From Haliotis cracherodii (Eukaryota): DNA of 64,000 nt. The notes under the pieces were generated by a model, which was not told the DNA's origin, ran no database searches, and worked only from the letters and a program-made list of their open reading frames with translations. The position numbers and the translations under genes are program-made. The stretch lies in NCBI RefSeq assembly GCF_022045235.1, contig NW_027266265.1, forward strand, positions 14,136,001 through 14,200,000, given 5' to 3'. Positions 53,301 through 64,000 of the stretch are shown here, in pieces (position 1 is the stretch's first letter; each line of letters opens with the position of its first letter).

Positions 53301-55993
53301 CGAGTTAGACAAGGAGCAGGTGGGTGTGAGGTGTACGAGTTAGACAAGGAGACTGATGGGTGTGAGGTGTACGAGTAAGACAAGGAAACGGGTGGGTGTG
53401 AGGTGAATGGGTGGGTCACCCCTCATCACCAGGTGGACATGGAGAGTGGTACATGTATGTGGATCATCTATCAGCATTAGGTTGAGCCAAACGAATATGT
53501 ATGTCATACTGGGGATATAAAAGTGGTTTCATGGATATGTCGGTGTTGCTATGTCTTGGTGAGTTTGTAATGGGCAAGTAACATTCCTGATGATGTCGTC
53601 AGGTTGTGCGCCACTTTATCGAGCGATCATCAGCAACTCGGACGCTGTGGTCAAGCTTCTCATCCACAATGGAGCAGACGTCAACATGCGCAGACTCGGC
53701 TTTGGCGTCGGAGCAGAAACTCCGCTGATCAAGTATGATATGACTTATTATAATATCAATAGGCATTTCAACAGGGAATCAAACCTAAGGGATAGTACTT
53801 TCGGAAACAACTTTCATGACATCCAAGTGATTTGTTTTGGGCAAAACTGAGGCAATTTTTCCCCCAGTATTTTCTGGATTTAAATAAATTTATCAAAATC
53901 CCCATATTCAACATTTATTGTATAATGGGTAGGTTTCTCGGCAGGATAAAGCCAACGGATAAAAACCATATCCGTTGGGGTCATATGCAGATAGAGATGC
54001 AAATATCAAAGGTCAAGTAGGACTACTTTCACTGTTTATAAACAAATATGGCGTCGCCCTCGTCATTCGGCGATCGAGTCAGAATTAACCATCCGGAATC
54101 TGGATAATTGCTATCATTATCAAAAGAACAGTTTAATATACTGAAAATCAGTGTCTAACTGTGACGTAGCTAAGGCATTTTATAAGTTTTGGCAACTTTG
54201 GAGATATAGGCTAAATCTCGAAACAATTTTGCGAGGGCACGAGGCCTAGCCAAGCGGGATCAGTAGCCATATCTGTGCTTGAGACCTCTGCGGCTTGAAA
54301 CCTTCTCCACAAATTAAAATAGTTGGATATGGCCGAAATATGTTTGAATTGTTACCTTGTTTTGTTTTGTCGCTGTGTGTACATCTGACTACACGTCTTA
54401 ACGTTATGACTGGTCAGGCCGACTGTCAACAACGTCTGACCGTGGTCATGACGTCTCATAGACTAGGGTTAGAGTAGCTTCCCTTTGACAAAGGGCAGTT
54501 ACTCTAGCGGACAGACCGATGGATCGCCGCGAGAAGCAATTAAAAAACAATTGTTGTTTTGCGTATATGTTGCTTCGCCACTGTATAAGAAACAGATTTC
54601 TGTTGGAACTATATTGGCTACTGTCAGTGTCCGACTGACACATCACTTACCCTGTGACGTAATCAATATTAATGCGCGCATTCCAGGAAAACTCGCAATG
54701 TTTCGGTAATGTTTGTGAGAGAGGGAAAGCGATTTTGAAGCACAGAATTAAAGAATTACATTATATGATAAGGCTCGCTAAATACAATGTTTATTCCTAA
54801 TGCAGGATATTTACCATCCCCAAACACACTCGCGTGATAACCTCTATGAATCAGGCAAATATATTTTGTCTTATTATAAAAGTAGGGATGTTTTTAAGCT
54901 TAAGAATGTAAGGATGCATTTTTTCAGTAAAGTTCGTAAATACCACCCCACTCATGCGGGGTTATCGATTCCTATTCACGATCCGACAGGTCCTCGTCTG
55001 TTTTCCTTAACGGAATATTGCTAAATTTAACCCCTCTCAACCCTTTAGATACTTCATTGATGGTTAACCTCCATACTGTAGATACTATCGTCTTCTCATT
55101 TATATCCACGGAGTTTAGATTCCATGTCAGGTGGAGATACTTCTTCAATACTTTCATGACTGAACCACTCTTTGAAACTTTTCAGGGCCGTTCAGTTGAA
55201 CAACAAAGCAATTTGTGAATGCCTAATCAACTCCCTGTGCAACATCCAGGCAAGAACAGACAACAACATGAACGCCCTCCACTACGCCGTGGCATACCGG
55301 CGCTACGACATCTGCGAGGTGCTTTTAGAGAACCAGATCAAGATCCATGCCAAGAGCACCCATGGCGTTACAGCAATGACGATCGCCATTGAACATCACA
55401 ATGCAGCAATGGTCAAGATACTCATTCAATACGGCTACAAGATTGACAAGAAGTACAAGTGGAAGGAGACGCCATTAGAGCAGGCAATAAAGCTCCATAG
55501 TGAGGCTTGTGCAATCACTCTTGTTCACGCCGGATGTAGCATAGACACTCTGCGTGGGAAGCCATCTTTCTTCTACATGGCACTAAATGAAAAACTATTT
55601 TCCTTAGTGAAGCTTTTAGTGGACATAAGGCCTTCCTTCCTCAACGAAAGGTGGATCTGGTCGAGACAATGGCCTGTTGCAATATTTCAGATGCCCGAAG
55701 TGTGTGTCTGGTTGACTAACGAGAGCCGCAAGCCACGGAGTTTGAAGTCAATATGCAGGGGGAAAATATTCAAAATGCTTGGAAGATATCCTAGTTCCAA
55801 ATCAGACAAACTGCCAATACCTGACGGACTTAAAGAATTCCTAAAGTATAACCATCATATTAGAGAAGACTTTTATTGTCAAATTCCGTTGGATATTCAA
55901 GAATGCCCATTCGATTGTCCTTCCGGCTGTCCCATCAAGTACTGTCCCCCTCTCGACATCCCATCATCAGACTCAGACGGGATTGATTTCTGA
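50309..55993 (+). CDS. Ankyrin repeat and SOCS box (ASB-like) protein, ~436 aa; exons 50309-50592, 51008-51096, 53603-53732, 55186-55993
   Basis: Phase-compatible GT-AG splicing yields continuous ankyrin repeats (TALLVAS, AIWWAAKHG, APLYRAI, TPLIKAV, NALHYAV, TPLEQAI) and a SOCS box (PRSLKSICRGKI...LPIPDGLKEFL). The start codon is inferred; upstream non-coding exons are unresolved. Confidence 0.88.
51062..53410 (+). repeat. 36-bp minisatellite derived from the ASB exon 2 3' end plus splice donor
   Basis: Unit GTGGGTGTGAGGTGGACGAGTTGGACAAGGAGACAG; the first unit overlaps coding sequence (GCEVNELDKET). Confidence 0.95.
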
Positions 55994-56428
55994 ACAGATT
56001 GGGGTTGTTTTCCACTACTTAATACAACTTGATGGACAGCTCAAAGTGTAGTCGACCGCCACCGTGATCTAGTGGATAGAGTGACGAGATCAGATATATT
56101 TTTTTCAGCCACAGCTACAAAACCACATATTTATTTTTTATCTAAAACCATGAGCCTTATATTTTTGTGGCAAGTAATTTCGGATTTGTTAACAGTCTGT
56201 AGCACATTATTTTTCTCTCCTGAATTTACGGGGACAATTTATTTTTTCGATACAATCCGACAATATTTGGCAAAATGTCCACAGAAATCTAGTTGTTCTG
56301 CCTATTTAGGCATGAGATAATTAAACACAACAATGTCATTGGTCGGGTTAGACTCTCGTTCGATGTGTTTCGAGATACAGTGAAGATGTGATCATCGGTT
56401 TTAATCTGACATATGCATGGTACGTTTT

Positions 56429-56699
56429 GTTTGTTTGTTTGTTTGTTTGTTGTTTAACGCCGCACTCAGCAATGTTCCAGCTATGACGGCAGTCTGTAAA
56501 TAATCGAGTCTGGACCAGACAATCCAGTGGGTGACATCATGAGCATCTATTCATGCAATTGGGATACGATGACATGCATCAACCATATCAGCGAGCATAA
56601 CCACCCGATCCCGATAGTCGCCTCTTACGACAAGCTAGTCGCCTTTTACGGGAAGCATGGGTTGCTGAAGATCTATTCTACCTCGCATCATCACGGGTC
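56429..56699 (-). mobile_element. Short retroelement family B (SINE-like, no evident tRNA head) downstream of the ASB stop
   Basis: (AAAC)n tail; 11-bp TSD TGGTACGTTTT at 56418-56428 and 56700-56710; related copies at ~60905-61146 and 63200-63423. Confidence 0.8.
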
Positions 56700-59227
56700 T
56701 GGTACGTTTTGACTACCAGTGGTCCGGTTTTACCAGAAAAATGAGCCTTTACGACCAAATCGGTTCATCCGTTTTGGCGCTGGTTCGTTTTGACTGGCAC
56801 CAATTGTAAAAAGCGCCAGGAATATGTCTTGAAAGTTTGCCAGGAATATATGTCTTGAAAGTTTCCCAGGAATGGCAGACAGAACTGTATACGTGGCGAG
56901 CATGCTGATTTTGTACAATTATACATGCATAGGTCATGCTATCTTGAGGTTCAGATGTGGGACTGAATTACTGTTCTATGAAAATTGCTCCCCAAAAACA
57001 TTGGGTATCATTGAAGCTACATTTCTATGTTTGAACTCAATTGGGATGGTGATTTTTATACATGAATATAAAATTGCAATAAAATGTTTTTTGTGTTTAA
57101 ATAAGGTTGTGTTCTCATCAAGCAGATCAACAGATCCAGTTGTTCGTACAAACGTGTGAGAAAGCTGGAATAAATCTGTAAAACATGAAATTAAAAAAAA
57201 AACGTGGCCTGAAGAGTGTTAAAACTTAAGGCCCCCTGAAGCCATTGGTGTATTGCAGAGCATACCATACATGTATTGCCAAGCATGTGAATGGATTTAG
57301 AGCAAGGTTCTGGAAACAAACTCTATGCTCATCTGAAGTTGTTTGTTGTTTAACACTACACTCAACAGTATTTACGTGGTGTCGTAGCCATCCGGGAGGC
57401 AGGCAATTTGTTTTAGCCGGATTTTCTTATAGAACACATTTAACCTTGTGAATGTTAACTTAAACTTGATACGTGTACAAATATTTGCCCCCTAAGCCAA
57501 GCCGCCATGACAAGCCAACGCTTTAACCACTAGGCTACCTGACCGGCTTTTAAGCAGAATGAAGTCCAAGCATGGGCGTTATGATCCTCTGTATGGAACT
57601 ACATCCGAATCACGCTTCTGTCTCCAATCTGTGCATGTATTTTGTGCATAAAAACAAACAAACAAACCACTCTTATCATACTTTATTAGAATATTGAGTC
57701 AAAAGACCTTCAAGTATTCATTACATATGGTACTACATGAATCCAAGCTTAAAAGTGTAAAAAATATAACAATGACAGAGATCCGGGTAACCACATGGTT
57801 CTGTCAATTTTTTTATTTCAATATATTTTCATCTATCCTATAGCTCAAAAATAAAGCAATTGGTCACATGCAATAATTGTTTTGTTTGTTGCTCTAAGAA
57901 GATTTCTTATGATTGTTGAAACGTATTTTTGTTGTTTTCATAAAGCTATATTTTGTTTATTTTGCATAACACTTCACATCATTCCTGCTATATGATGACA
58001 ACCTGTAAATAATCATACGAAAATAATGGATGATCAAGTACAAAATAGTTGAACCACTATATTGTTCTCACCTGAAATATTGGTCAATGACGAAAGAAAT
58101 AATCCTGTTTATCATCAGGCAATTCCACTTCATCAGACATAAACACGGTATAAAAATGTGGAAGTCGTGGAAGTTAAGGAAACACATATCACATATATAT
58201 CGACAAAAGAACAAATGAGGTAACTATAGTTTAAAGGACATATTATTTATCATACCTTTTGAGCAAGTGATAATAGAAGGGATTAGTGAAGACTATGAAT
58301 TAGGGCTGGGACAAGACAAAATTTACTACCCGGGGACCCACTGTAGTTCTCAAGAGACGGGTACAAAATGTCTGATTGGGACTATGTGGATATGGAGAAG
58401 TAACCAGCACTGTTGTTGATAGGATTCTTGGATCCATCAGTGTATGTATGGGCCCAGCTGTCCCAGGTAGTTTGAATTTTAGTGATAGCTGCTGATCGTC
58501 CTAGGGTTGGGTTTAATTTCCTCACTCTAGTTGTTGCATTTTATACACAGAATATCTCCACTTCAGAGGCTATAGCCTAATCACTGTGTTACTATTGTTA
58601 ATTGAGGGTGTAATGTGAGGACAAGGTGTCTGTACGTAAGAGTAAATCAGTTGCCTTCAATTGTTTCTTGCGGCTTTGAACAGACGCGCACAACCGCAGA
58701 TGTTTAGATTGGCAGATTCATGGTGACACCTGAGCAGCTCTTTATATGATAAAATATGCAGCAAATGGCCGGGACCAAATGAAAAGTTCGTTATATCTGT
58801 CAGTTCGTTATAAGCCTGTTATAAATGTAGTTTTCTGTATACAGTATCATGTCAAGTGAGAAGCGTTGTTGTTTTTGTAAAATGGTCCGAGTACTTGCTT
58901 GCTTCCCATTGGCTAGAACCAGCCCGTCACTTGAATCGTTGGTCACAAATAGCAACATATGTATTCATAGATGATGGAGGAATACTCTTTGTTTGTTCAC
59001 AATGGCAAAACTTTGGATCATATGGTTTGTATCATTTCTTTGTTCACAATGGCCGTTCCAGGATAAAAAGATTAAATATAATTCTTACACAAGGGAGTTG
59101 GTGAATATAACTGAATTTCAAATTAGGTCTTCAGATTTTTTGTTTGCGATTGTGTTTCCCCTGGAGATGATTGATCTGTCCTGGGTGACGAGAAGGTAAG
59201 ACGTGGAGGAATGGCCGAACCCCTCGG

Positions 59228-62200
59228 CTACTGTGTCGTCAGCCTCTTCACCGTCCCCCGGACTCCGTCCAGGGCCAGCATCTCACCTGTGATGAAGCAA
59301 AGGACGAGATGCCTCAGGATCAGTCAGTCATACGTCGATACCTCTGACCTTCAGGATCTGACCAACCCCTCATAGGCTGAGATGAACCACAAGCTAATTC
59401 TGACCAAATCTTTAAATATGAGTGAGTGAGTATGGTTTTACGCTGCTTTTAGCAATATTTTAGCAATATTCCAGCAATATCACAGCAGGGGACACCAGAA
59501 ATGGGCTTCACACATTGTACCCACGTCAGGAATCGAACCCGTGTCATCGGGGTGATGAGCAAACGCTTTAACCACTAGGCTACCCACCGCCCCTCTTTAA
59601 ATATGAAGCATGCATAAGCCATCAGATGAGCCATTCAGAAGTCAGTTTCTCAAATATTCTGCTTCACTGTCAAACTAACTTTTTAATGTTATCAACACAA
59701 TGTATTTTCAGTTGCAGTTTCTGATTGGTAAATTTCCTAACTGCCTGTCTGATTCTGAAACTTTGGTCTGAACAAAAGCAAACCAACACAAGGAACAAAT
59801 GTTCCCATGACAGCTCACCCTTTTCACTGTTCATGCCATGGCACTTAGAAAAAACCCAGGGTGAAACATATTCCTGACTGTGCTTCCTTTATTATTCTCC
59901 ATTAGGAACTGCCTGTTTATATCGTGTTTTCGAGACAAACTACTCTGACTCTGAGGTTGTAGATTTCCACCGTTTAACTGACTGAATGTTCACCTGACAT
60001 GACCTTTTATAGAGGGATTGTCAGATCTTGAAGGAGTGACGTATCTTACCGGAGTAAAAATATCACATCTGAATGAGTGAGGGTCTTTCTTTATTCTGAA
60101 CTATCTAGGTGAGGTGAAATGGGGTCCATCACGTCCAAGATTATTGCACTTTTATAGTGACGTGCATGTACGTGTGTGTGTTTGTGTGGCTGCTTGAACT
60201 CACTGAGATACCATGCTGCAGTTTAACATGAATACCCCACTCAGACACAGTATACTGACTCCGAGCCGACCAGTCCTTGTTTTAACCCCTGGGTAACAAC
60301 AAGGACATCTTTTAACATCTTTTGGTATGACGCGACCGGGGATCGAACCCCAGACCTTCCGCTCTCCGGGCTGACGCTCTACAATTGGACCACTGAGGTA
60401 GTCCTGAACTAAGTATTAATGCAACATTTTAGGGAAGTTGCAGATGCTCATCAGAATCATTGACCACCTCCATGGTCTAGTGGTAGAGTGTCTGCCTCAA
60501 GAATGAGAAAGATCATTGGTCTATCCCTGGCTGTGCCATGCCAAAAGACGTTAAAATATAGTACTTTTTGTTCCCCTGCCTGTAAATCTGGTATATGGCA
60601 TTAAGGGGATAACCAAGGACTGGTCAGTTCGGAGTCCCTTCCCAAACACACACACACTAACATTATAATTGCAAACATGACGTTACACTCAGCAGTTCAT
60701 TAGCATCAGAAGACCTATTTAAAGACACTGTACTGTCTTCTGATTCCGGATATAACTCAGACTCACCTGACTTTATCCTTATAGTTGCGTCAGCCACATT
60801 CACAACGCAGGGGATGCCATATTCCCGCGCGACCACGGCCCCTGGCAGAAACAACAGCAGGTCAGGTTACAATGTCATGGAACTTTATACAACAAACAAC
60901 AGCTTTGAGTACCCCCCAGAGTGGGCTGGAATTGGTCCTAGCAGCTTATGCTCATGGTAAGAGGCGACCTTTGGATCAGGTGGTCAGGCTTAGTAACTCG
61001 TTTGATGGCCTGTCCAGGTACCCCAGTCGCATGGATTGTTGCTCATAATATCAATCACTGGATTGTCAGACTTGATTATTTACCGGCTGCCATCATGTAG
61101 CTGGAATCATGCTGAGTGAGGCCGTAAACAACTGATAATCAAACAAATGTAACATGTCCTCAGTCAGTGAATGTTTGAAAACCAGCGGTGCTTCCCACAG
61201 AATACTGGCCACCTACCCACAGAATCAGAATACTGGCAACCCACTAACAGAGTACTGGCAACCAACCAACAGAGTACTGGCATCCCACACACACAGTACT
61301 GGCAACCCACAGAGTACTGGCAACCTACAGAGTAGTGGCAACCCACCCACAGAGTACTGGAGCCCCACAGAGTACTGGCAACCCACAGAGTACTGGTAAC
61401 CTGCTCACAGAGTACTGGCACCCCACCCACAAAGTACTGGCAACCCACAGAGTAGTGGCAACCCACCAACAGAATACTGGCAACCCACAGAGTACTGGTA
61501 ACCTGCTCACAGAGTACTGGCACCCCACCCACAGAGTACTGGCACCCCACCAACAGAGTACTGGCAACCAACAGAGTACTGGCAACCCACCCACAGAGTA
61601 CTGGCAACCCACCCACAGAGTACTGGCAACCCACCCACAGAGTAGTGGCAACCCACCAACAGAATACTGGCAACCCACAGAGTACTGGTAACTCACCCAC
61701 AGAATACTTGCAACCCACAGAGTACTGGCAACCCAGCCACAGACGTAGCCCACAATAACTTCTCTCCATACAACACTACCAACCAATAGATACCAACCCA
61801 AATTGTGGGGCAGTACAACAGATATTGGGCTTCACATGTCATCAGTGATGTGCTGGAATATTGCTGGAATAAACTAACACAACTGAAGGTGTAATGAATC
61901 TGTGTCATGTACATATGCCTGCTGTGTTTACCATGTGAGAGCAGCCCGCCTATTTCCGTGACGAGTCCCGCAATAAGGGGGAAGTAGGGGGACCAGCCCA
62001 CGTCTGTGCACATCACAACCAGGACGTCACCAGCCTGGAACACATACACACATTAATATAGGCACTAGACACACACTGGGTATCATACAAGACACATCTA
62101 CATTCTCATCTGTGTGATACACATATACAATCTCACTGATATGATCTCACCTGTATGTTATCAAATGTATACAACACAGGTATGTTCTCACCTGTATACA

Positions 62201-63078
62201 ACACGCAGGTATGTTCTCATCTGTATACAACACACATGTATGTTCTCACCTGTATACAAGACACAGATATGTTCTCACCTGTATACAACACACAGGCATG
62301 TTCTCACCTGTATAGAACACACAGGTCACAGGCACACAGGTATGTTCTCACTTGTATACAACACACAGGTATGTTCTCATCTGTATACAACACACAGGTA
62401 TGTTTTCACCTGTATACAACACACAGGTATGTTTTCACCTGTATACAACACACAGGTATGTTCTCACCTGTATACAACACACAGGTATGTTCTCACCTGT
62501 ATACAACACACAGGTATGTTCTCACCTGTATACAACACACAGGTGTGTTCTCACCTGTATACAACACACAGGTATGTTCTCACCTGTATACTGCCAGCGT
62601 CTTCAAGTCTGGTGATGATTCTGGCTGGGCCCTGCACCTCACCCTGGCTGACTGGCATACCTGGACACAGAGATCAGTGTTACCATGGTTACTGCACAAC
62701 AGGAACACTCATATATATTTTCCCCTGGATACAGCAGTCTCCCTATCCCCAGATGCCTCCCCATTCTTAGGAACCTCTCCACCTCCAGCATCCTCCCTAC
62801 ACCCAATGTAGGGTGTTCCCACCCACAGGAACCTCCCTACACCCAGCAATTTTCCCACCCACAGGAACCTCTCCACCTCCAGCATCCTCCCTACACCCAG
62901 CGATGTTCCCACCCACAGAAACCTCCCTACACCCAGCAATGTTCCCACCCATAGGAACCTCCCAAACTCCCCACCACAAATCTTAAGAATTTTTGAATCC
63001 AATATTGTACATAACATTATCACCTCTGAGTACATCTGTAGTGTTGATCGAGGAGGCCTCTCTGTTCCTGTCATCGAT
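59228..63078 (-). CDS. 3' part of a PEP-utilising enzyme gene with a C-terminal phospho-His swivel domain (rifampin phosphotransferase / PigC / PEP synthase-like); exons 63078-63024, 62660-62584, 62034-61932, 60841-60767, 59286-59228; 5' part lies beyond the window
   Basis: Spliced frame ...VLRGMPVSQGEVQGPARIITRLEDAGSIQAGDVLVVMCTDVGWSPYFPLIAGLVTEIGGLLSHGAVVAREYGIPCVVNVADATIRIKSGEMLALDGVRGTVKRLTTQ*. GGxxSHxAVVARE is the PEP-utiliser mobile-domain signature. All intron phases are compatible. A further exon end may lie at 63975-64000 (low confidence). Confidence 0.88.
59422..59593 (-). mobile_element. SINE family A in the last intron of the PEP-utiliser gene
   Basis: 13-bp TSD TCTTTAAATATGA on both sides. 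Confidence 0.9.
60165..60403 (-). mobile_element. tRNA-derived SINE family C
   Basis: Minus-strand tRNA head (B box GGTTCGATCCC), then GGACTGGTCGGCTCGGAGTCAG...GTGTCTGAGTGGGG core. Confidence 0.65.
60463..60636 (+). mobile_element. SINE family C, degenerate and 3'-truncated, divergent from the previous copy
   Basis: GGTCTAGTGGTAGAG A box; shares CCAAAAGACGTTAAAA and GGACTGGTCAGTTCGGAGTC with the neighbouring copy. Confidence 0.55.
60905..61146 (+). mobile_element. Short retroelement family B, degenerate
   Basis: GTAAGAGGCGAC...ATCACTGGATTGTC...GCTGGAATCATGCTGAG similarity to 56429-56699. Confidence 0.6.
61190..61745. repeat. ~18-22-bp intronic minisatellite (CAGAGTACTGGCAACCCA)n
   Basis: Tandem periodicity. 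Confidence 0.9.
62145..62591 (-). repeat. 29-bp minisatellite made of the exon end plus splice donor of the PEP-utiliser gene
   Basis: Minus-strand unit GTATACAG|GTGAGAACATACCTGTGTGTT; the first unit is the real junction at 62584/62583. Confidence 0.92.
62765..62970. repeat. C-rich ~36-57-bp intronic tandem repeat
   Basis: GGAACCTCCCTACACCCAGCAATGTTCCCACCCACA recurs about 4 times. Confidence 0.75.
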
Positions 63079-63199
63079 CTGGTTAAAGAGAGACAACAAT
63101 ATAATGATAACACTGTGACTTTCCACAGGTTTACAGACAAATACCGCACGTTTCCCATGACATCACGGCATGATCTACATATACATAGATAGGTAGTCA

Positions 63200-63423
63200 T
63201 TTGTTTGTTTGTAGTTTAAAGCTGCACAATGCAATATACAGCAGTCGGTAAATAATCGAGTCTGGACCAGACAATCCAGTGATTGGTATCATGAGGATTG
63301 ATCCACACAATTGGGATACAATGATATGCATCAACCAAGTCAGCGAGCCTAACAACCTAAGTCGCCTGTTACGGTAAGCATGGGACACTGAAGACCTGTT
63401 CTAACACGGATCTTCACAGGTCA
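63200..63423 (-). mobile_element. Short retroelement family B
   Basis: Shares AAATAATCGAGTCTGGACCAGACAATCCAGTG core and GTTT tail with 56429-56699. Confidence 0.75.
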
Positions 63424-63521
63424 GTCTTGTTATCAACACAGCTCCCTGTAGAAGGAAAACATTTCAATTACAACATTTCTGAAATTCCAACATAGAGCCA
63501 ACATAGAGACACTCAATATAA

Positions 63522-63859
63522 CAGGGGGTGTAATACCGTATTCGACGTAATAAGGGCACTCTCAAAATTAAAAATAGGGTGCTCTTATTAAAATATTACG
63601 TTGGTGAAAAAAACAGAGTTGAAAGATAAATTTTATAGTTTATAGTGACATCCTGAAATGTTTATGTACGACAGATATATTTTTCCAGAATTTAATTGCC
63701 CATAATTAAGGGTGCATATAACACATGAGTGTGTATTATACGCAAATAAATAAGTCTTATGTACATTGATCAATCAGAAGGGGTGCTAATTGGGATTGTT
63801 CACTAGCAAATATATCAGCAAATATCGCCGTAGTAACCAGGCCCCTATTACAACCCCTG
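63522..63859. mobile_element. Putative MITE (hAT-like CAGGGG termini)
   Basis: 14-bp TIR with 1 mismatch: CAGGGGGTGTAATA ... TATTACAACCCCTG; no TSD seen. Confidence 0.5.
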
Positions 63860-64000
63860 CTGGGCTGATATGGCTTATTAAAGTTATCAATACATTTTAA
63901 ATGGGCCACCGATATCAGCCCAGGAGGTAAGAAATTAGAGTTATGTCCCTTTGTATATTGTCTGCTCGGCTCACTTTTCCATGACAGTCTTCCGAAGAAG

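Noticed and set aside
61154-62811. Repeat-rich ORFs of 118-218 aa on both strands
   Set aside because: Intronic minisatellites; only the short spliced exons of the minus-strand gene are coding.
63860-63923. 12-bp inverted repeat CTGGGCTGATAT / ATATCAGCCCAG
   Set aside because: Too short and isolated to assign; probably a transposon remnant.

Overview
Eukaryotic (spliceosomal-intron) DNA from an invertebrate, most likely a mollusc; the SINE families resemble abalone/Haliotis, which is an inference. 1-46.7 kb is a head-to-tail array of 8 copies (~4.3-7 kb each) of an intron-containing gene that the ORF track only partly captures. Splicing three coding exons gives an intact 271-aa coiled-coil protein with no family I can recognise. 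It carries an N-terminal PP2A-B56 docking motif (LSPILE) and a C-terminal PP1 docking pair (SILK + LSVRF). Each unit also contains a 26-bp minisatellite block, a tRNA-derived SINE and a twin-CRE/Inr promoter. Units 2 and 3 carry an extra ~3.3-kb composite repeat segment. Downstream are a 4-exon ankyrin-repeat/SOCS-box (ASB-like) gene (+, 50.3-56.0 kb) and, convergent with it, the 3' exons of a gene encoding a C-terminal PEP-utilising phospho-His domain (rifampin phosphotransferase/PigC-like layout, -). In both of these genes an intronic minisatellite is an amplified copy of the exon end plus the 5' splice site. Most ORFs in the supplied track are spurious reads through repeats.
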